Made by a program: the position numbers and the translations under genes. Below, in pieces: positions 59,393-64,000 of a stretch of 64,000 nucleotides of DNA; position 1 is the first letter of the stretch; every line of letters begins with the position of its first letter. Source of the stretch: Planctomycetota bacterium (lineage in GTDB: Bacteria; Planctomycetota; SZUA-567; H5-PLA8); NCBI GenBank assembly GCA_038227875.1, contig JBBRPR010000033.1:29580-93579 (forward strand), in the 5' to 3' direction. Below the pieces are notes generated by a model. The model worked only from the letters and a program-made list of their open reading frames with translations, had not been told where the DNA came from and ran no database searches.

Positions 59393-59641
59393 GCCATGTC
59401 CTCGGCGCGCCACGTCGTCAGCTCGGCCGACGTGACGCCGAATTTCACCATCGCGTCCCGGACCGACAGCGTTCCGCGCATCAAATATCCAAGAATCGCT
59501 TATATCAACGCTTGGTCGAGGTTGCATTTGAAAGCGCGGATTAGCCCGAAAAGTGAGCACCAGGGCGCCAAGAGGGATGTGCAGAGTTCCAGTCTCACGC
59601 AGCGTAGGACTAATTCGTAACATTACGAATTAGTACGCGCG

Positions 59642-60141
59642 AAAGACAATCAATGGAGCATCGAGGCCGACATCCGCGACGAATGGAGCGCGGAAGTCCA
59701 GGAGCGCACACCGCTGACCGCACAAGACCTGCTGGAAGGTGGCGTGGACGTGGCGTGGTTCCACCGTTGCTTCGAACCGCTGGGCGACAAGCGCTGGAAG
59801 AAGCTGAGCGAGGCCGCCAAATTCGCGCGGAGTTGGTCATACGCGTGCACAGACCTTTTCCGCGACAATGCTGGGCGAACTGAAAAAAACCGATTTGCTC
59901 GAAAAGATCACATCAAAACGCTGCAGGTGTTAAAGATCAAAAACGTCCGCTGATCGACGGCACGCTCGCGCACTATTCCCTGCATCTGGGCAGCGGCAAC
60001 GTCCATCTCCTGCCCGGTGGTTCACTGTGGCTGGTGCCAGTGCACGCCCAGCATCGAGGCCGACTGTTCCTACCCTTCGCCGACAACGATCCCAAGACGG
60101 CTGAAGTGATGTCAAAAGTTCTGCTGCTGTCTCGACTTTAA
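59642..60141 (+). pseudogene. Collapsed remnant of a large DUF4132/DUF5724-type protein
   Basis: Two blocks in different frames: KD.QW...ERTPLT..DLLEG.VDVAWF...LG.KRW..L..AAK and LIDG.L..YSLHLGSG.VH..PGG....PVH.QHRGRLFLPFAD.DPKTAEV.SKVLLL. Confidence 0.7.
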
Positions 60142-60333
60142 AGTCTTCGCGGATATACAAGCAACCGCACGATGGAAATGCGAAGCAATATCGGAACGCG
60201 AGCGAACGTCAAAACGCACGGAAGATGACCGGACCATCGCACGAAGTGAACAATCGATTGGGCGCGAGCTCAACGGAATCGCTAATTTTGGGGATCCTTA
60301 TATAGACAGAGTTTAGTCTGCGGCGAGCTACAG

Positions 60334-60510
60334 CTACCGAGGAATAATTGGAAGTCGACGGCCCGATGGGCGATTCGCGGTCCATTTGTTGCAGTTTTTT
60401 TCCGGTTTTTTATTTCCACGCAGTTCGGAGAGCGCACAGGTACAGCCGTGGGTGGAAGTAAACCAAAAGCAGTCCTTGCAATGACGTTCATCTGAATTGA
60501 CCGCTATCAA
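60334..60510 (-). CDS. Small Cys-rich putative metal-binding protein (58 aa), paralog of 21859..22041
   Basis: AAGGGA RBS + TTG; CKDCFWFTSTHGCTCALSELRG......C.KW..RPSGR; follows the FHA gene. Confidence 0.7.
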   Translation of the reverse strand: MIAVNSDERHCKDCFWFTSTHGCTCALSELRGNKKPEKNCNKWTANRPSGRRLPIIPR

Positions 60511-60541
60511 AGTTCCGTCCCTTTCAAACCTGGAGTCCAAT

Positions 60542-60853
60542 TCATTCGCTACTGTCTTCACGAAACTCCATCTCAGTTCCGCCAAAGAACACTCTGTCGA
60601 ATGCTTGCAATTCGGTCGGTTCTGAAATCCTGCTACCGTTCATAAAAGTACCGTTCACGCTCCCAAGATCGGCAATATAGAATCGGTCAGCGACGAAGGA
60701 AATTATGCAATGCCGCCGGGACATTCGTTCGTCGTCGAACGACAATTCGATCCCACGGTCCCGACCGATGGTGATCGACTTGCCTGGGATCAACGCGATA
60801 CTCTTGCCGCTATAGGGTCCATTCATAAACACAAGCTTTGTACGTCCGTTCAT
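60542..60853 (-). CDS. FHA domain protein (stand-alone)
   Basis: TIGR, D..MSRRHC.I, DLGS.NGTF.NG, L...D....G motifs. Confidence 0.92.
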   Translation of the reverse strand: MNGRTKLVFMNGPYSGKSIALIPGKSITIGRDRGIELSFDDERMSRRHCIISFVADRFYIADLGSVNGTFMNGSRISEPTELQAFDRVFFGGTEMEFREDSSE

Positions 60854-60875
60854 GTGGTCCACCCGGCGGCAACTT

Positions 60876-61529
60876 TCAGTTACTGGAACTGGCATCCGCG
60901 GTTTGGTGACTAGATCCAATTTGATCGAGTGCCCAGGCTACGGATTCAACATGCCAGTCGTAAAGATTGTCCACATCATTCCTACTCTTTAGCGTAACTT
61001 TCCGAACAAATGATTCGCTGGAGGCATCGGCCTGAAGCAACCCGCCTTCCCTCCAGCGCTTTTCGGTAGCTGTGTCCAAGCGTGCACGCAGCAAGCAGTA
61101 AATCGTTGTGGGGCTTCCGTCTTCCGGGACTTTCAACTCAGAGACGGGGAAAAATGCGGCAGATTTCGCGTCTAGCCTCATGTTGGCCATCGCCGATTCG
61201 CGATCCGAGGTGCGATGCAACGCATCCACTATGAATTGGCTGGAATCCTTCATTGTAGGAGCCGTGCCCACCGTGATCTCCACGGGCGCCGGCCCACTCT
61301 CTGAAATCATCTTGTGAATCATGCTCACGACGCCCAGACAAACCACCGCCACGGCGCAGGCCAGAAGGGCACGGTTTTTTGTTTTGGACTTTGGCGGTTT
61401 TGTAACCCGCGACACACTAATTGGAGCGACCTTTAACTGCCGGGGCAATGCCGCCTGCATTTTGCGGCGTGATTCCTTTGTGTTGATTTCAGAGATGATC
61501 GCGTCGATTTCATCGCGTTCGGTGGACAT
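60876..61529 (-). CDS. Hypothetical single-pass membrane protein
   Basis: AAAGGGA RBS; charged N-terminus, one TM; operonic between the HEAT and FHA genes. Confidence 0.65.
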   Translation of the reverse strand: MSTERDEIDAIISEINTKESRRKMQAALPRQLKVAPISVSRVTKPPKSKTKNRALLACAVAVVCLGVVSMIHKMISESGPAPVEITVGTAPTMKDSSQFIVDALHRTSDRESAMANMRLDAKSAAFFPVSELKVPEDGSPTTIYCLLRARLDTATEKRWREGGLLQADASSESFVRKVTLKSRNDVDNLYDWHVESVAWALDQIGSSHQTADASSSN

Positions 61530-61544
61530 GGGATTCCCTTTCGC

Positions 61545-62912
61545 TCAGCGCGTGGACCGACGCCATTCGTGCCAGTCCGCCACGGACGGCGGAAAGTCCT
61601 TACCAGTCAATTCTTTGAGGCTGCGCCAGGCCGTGAATGCAACTTCCCGTTTCGAATCCTGCAGCATTTCAATCAACGCGGGAATCGACTTGGGATCGAC
61701 CATGCGCCCGAGCACATGGCAGGCGGCAGCGCGCACGCAGAAATCCTTGCTCTTCAGCAGTGGCGTGACGGTATCGATGACTTCTTTGCGCATCAGGAAA
61801 AGCTCGCCCAGTTCCTCGACGGCCGGCGCGATCATGTTTTCGTCAGCGGACTTGATTTGATCGGTCAATGCGGCAAAGCGGATCGCGCTGCCGGCGCGCT
61901 CGTTGGCCCACCAGTCCGTCCACATGGACGGGTCGGCCGGCAGTGACTTGCCGGAAATGTTTTGCAGCGACCAATATGCATTGCTGCGCACCCCGAAATC
62001 CCGATCGTTCAACAGCTCGATCAGGCGCGGGACGGCTGGCAGATATTTGAGCCGCCCCAGCGCGAGGCAGGCTTCTTTCCGTTCATTGTTATCCGCATCA
62101 TGCATGAGATTGAGAATCGCGTTCGGCGCGCGCATCTGCGAATTGGTTTTGGACAACGCCACCATGGCGGCGGACCGAACGACATAGTTCTTTTCGTCCA
62201 AAAGGGTGATGAGGAAATCCTCGGCAGGCCGCGACGCTGCTGCCTGCAGCACCTGGGCCATGCGGATTTTCTGAACATCTGTCGCTTGCGGAAGCATGCG
62301 GTTGAATTCAGCAACGAGCTGAAGGCTTCCGTCTTCCTTGTCCGCCAGGGAGCGCAGCGTCGCGCCGACTGCGTCAGCTATTTTTTGCCGCTGGAGCAAA
62401 TCGGGTCCTTCAGGATTGCATTCCAGATGCGATACGAGCAGTGGAATGGCGGCCGCCTTACCCAGTGACTGAATTGAACTCAAGACCGCGACTTGTTCAT
62501 CAAAATCTTTGCTGGCCACAAACACCTTCACCAGCGGCGTCACCGCGTTGGCGTCGTGGGTGGCAGCCAGTGCGTCCAACGTAAAACTCTTCTGGCTGTT
62601 GCTCAGCGTGGAGAAACGGTCGAGTTGCTTCAGAAGGTACGGCGCCACTCCCCGCCCGCCCTCACTGATTTTCCGCAAGAGCTGCTTGCGGCCGTCGTCC
62701 GTTTGTTTTTCAAACGGCAGCGTCTGCCACTCATCGAGTTCCTTCTGAAGATCGGGACTGACCGATTTCTCCGATGCGGAATCAAGCGAGTCCGCGCTGG
62801 CCAGCGTAATGACTTCAGGTGCAGGTGACGATTCGGCGGCACCCACTCGCAGACTGATAGCAGCGCCAATAATTAACGGGAACAGGCATGATTTGAGCAT
62901 GTCCATCTCCAT
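61545..62912 (-). CDS. Secreted HEAT-repeat protein
   Basis: Signal peptide; repeated VR..A..ALG, AVP.LI.LL.D, VR.NA...L..ISG.....D...W..WW. Confidence 0.88.
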   Translation of the reverse strand: MEMDMLKSCLFPLIIGAAISLRVGAAESSPAPEVITLASADSLDSASEKSVSPDLQKELDEWQTLPFEKQTDDGRKQLLRKISEGGRGVAPYLLKQLDRFSTLSNSQKSFTLDALAATHDANAVTPLVKVFVASKDFDEQVAVLSSIQSLGKAAAIPLLVSHLECNPEGPDLLQRQKIADAVGATLRSLADKEDGSLQLVAEFNRMLPQATDVQKIRMAQVLQAAASRPAEDFLITLLDEKNYVVRSAAMVALSKTNSQMRAPNAILNLMHDADNNERKEACLALGRLKYLPAVPRLIELLNDRDFGVRSNAYWSLQNISGKSLPADPSMWTDWWANERAGSAIRFAALTDQIKSADENMIAPAVEELGELFLMRKEVIDTVTPLLKSKDFCVRAAACHVLGRMVDPKSIPALIEMLQDSKREVAFTAWRSLKELTGKDFPPSVADWHEWRRSTR

Positions 62913-63882
62913 TCAGTTGTAGAGTTCGCGCCAGGCCACCAGCATGACGTCATAAATAATCGCAGGACTCTTGGCGTTCATATCCCAATGCCAGGCGGCG
63001 GTGCCGCCCAAGTCAGTCGTCGCGCCGATCACAGCGCCAAACGAATCGGCATTGCCGATGACAGTCACCGGAGCGTTGGGGGCGTACACATTTCCGTAGA
63101 AGACCGCACCACCGGCCAGTTTTACGGCGCCGGTCGAGGCGCTAATCACGCTGAACGCGCTGGGATTGCCGGTGTTGTTGACGACACCGCCGCCGTTGAG
63201 CGTAAATTTGGAGGTGTACGGTGTAGTCGTACCGCCGACATAAATCGTCAGCGAACTTCCCGGATTGATGGTAATCGTATCGCCACCGTTTTGACTCAGA
63301 TCGCCATCGAGATAGACCGTGACATCTCCGTTGATGGTAATGTTCTGACTCGGCCAGCTCGCCAGACGGTAAGTGCCGGCGGGCAGGACTGGATTGGGCG
63401 TGCTGTGCGTCGCTGCGGGTAGTGACGCCAGCACTGTTGCCGTCGCCGGAGGATTGTACGTGGCCGGCGGCAATTGGACGGGTGTCAAGTAGGGGGCTGT
63501 GGATCCCGTAATGGTGCCGCCGCCGGTTACTGTATCGCCGGGGCCGGGCGTGGCGTTGCCGTAGATGACCAACGCGCCCACGGTCGAGACGGGTCCATTG
63601 CTTCCAACATTTCCGCCCATGCCCAGAGACCAATTGTAGGCATCCAGCGTTCCGGCTGCGTAGGCCGGGTGCACGAGATTTCCCTGGGCATCGTACAATG
63701 CGGCTACGGCCGGCGCGGATGCGACCTGCTGCGCATAAGTGAGGCTGGGATTGTACACATACGAATTGGTGTAGATGCCACCGTGAGCGAATAGGCTCAA
63801 CTTGCCAAATGCACCGGCAGGATAAGATCCGCCGGTAACCGGCCGCTGAAACGTGGCCTCGACTTTACGCCAGACATTGTTG
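62913..63882 (-). pseudogene. 3' part of a PilX/DUF7305-like exported beta-helix protein, interrupted by an IS end
   Basis: WRKVEATF; G.VGSNG; ITINGDVT.Y; L.G...FYG.VYAP.A; GAVIG; HWD; C-terminal WRE. The frame runs into IS-like terminal repeats at 63883. Confidence 0.65.
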
Positions 63883-64000
63883 TGTAAACGGCGGTCGAAA
63901 ACCGGAGCGGAGGGCGGAGGGCCGATCGGCGGTCCAAAAACGTAGCACCCTTTAAACGAGACCTTGTGCAGACTGTGGAAGTGGCGGCCGACAGGCCGCG
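63883..64000. mobile_element. Terminal region of an IS21-family-like insertion sequence (continues beyond the window)
   Basis: Starts TGT, followed by two ~20-bp direct repeats cggcggtcgaaaaccggagc (63889) and cggcggtccaaaaacgtagc (63927), 17/20 identical. Confidence 0.65.

Overview
High-GC bacterial chromosomal window. The gene content (PQQ-like propeller, DUF5107, GntR-LacI hybrid regulators, zinc-ribbon membrane protein, many secreted proteins) suggests a PVC-superphylum organism, probably Planctomycetota; this is an inference. Positions ~1-46.6 kb are mostly intact housekeeping and carbohydrate/periplasmic genes: pdxJ, MoxR ATPase, hpt, ppk2, fbaB, tkt, a CusRS-like two-component pair, and a VIT-vWA gene with a MerR-type regulator. 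These are interspersed with a family of structured palindromic repeats carrying a GAGCG-N-AGCGA loop. One pair of these repeats brackets a ParB-like gene as 41-bp inverted repeats. Positions ~47.1-60.3 kb are a decaying accessory region with three copies of one HU/IHF gene (one intact-looking, two broken), a BLUF photoreceptor, a methyltransferase, a PAS kinase, a tail-fibre-like secreted protein and several gene remnants. The window ends in a minus-strand operon (PilX-like, HEAT, FHA, small Cys-rich protein) whose first visible gene is interrupted by an IS21-type element end. Other notable signals are two paralogous unannotated ~60-aa Cys-rich proteins, a DUF4910/M28 peptidase-AAC(3) fusion, an in-frame amber codon in a YyaL-like gene, and six genes with a TANNNT-N6-ATG leaderless promoter layout. 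No rRNA, tRNA or CRISPR array was seen. All family assignments are from motif recognition, not database searches.
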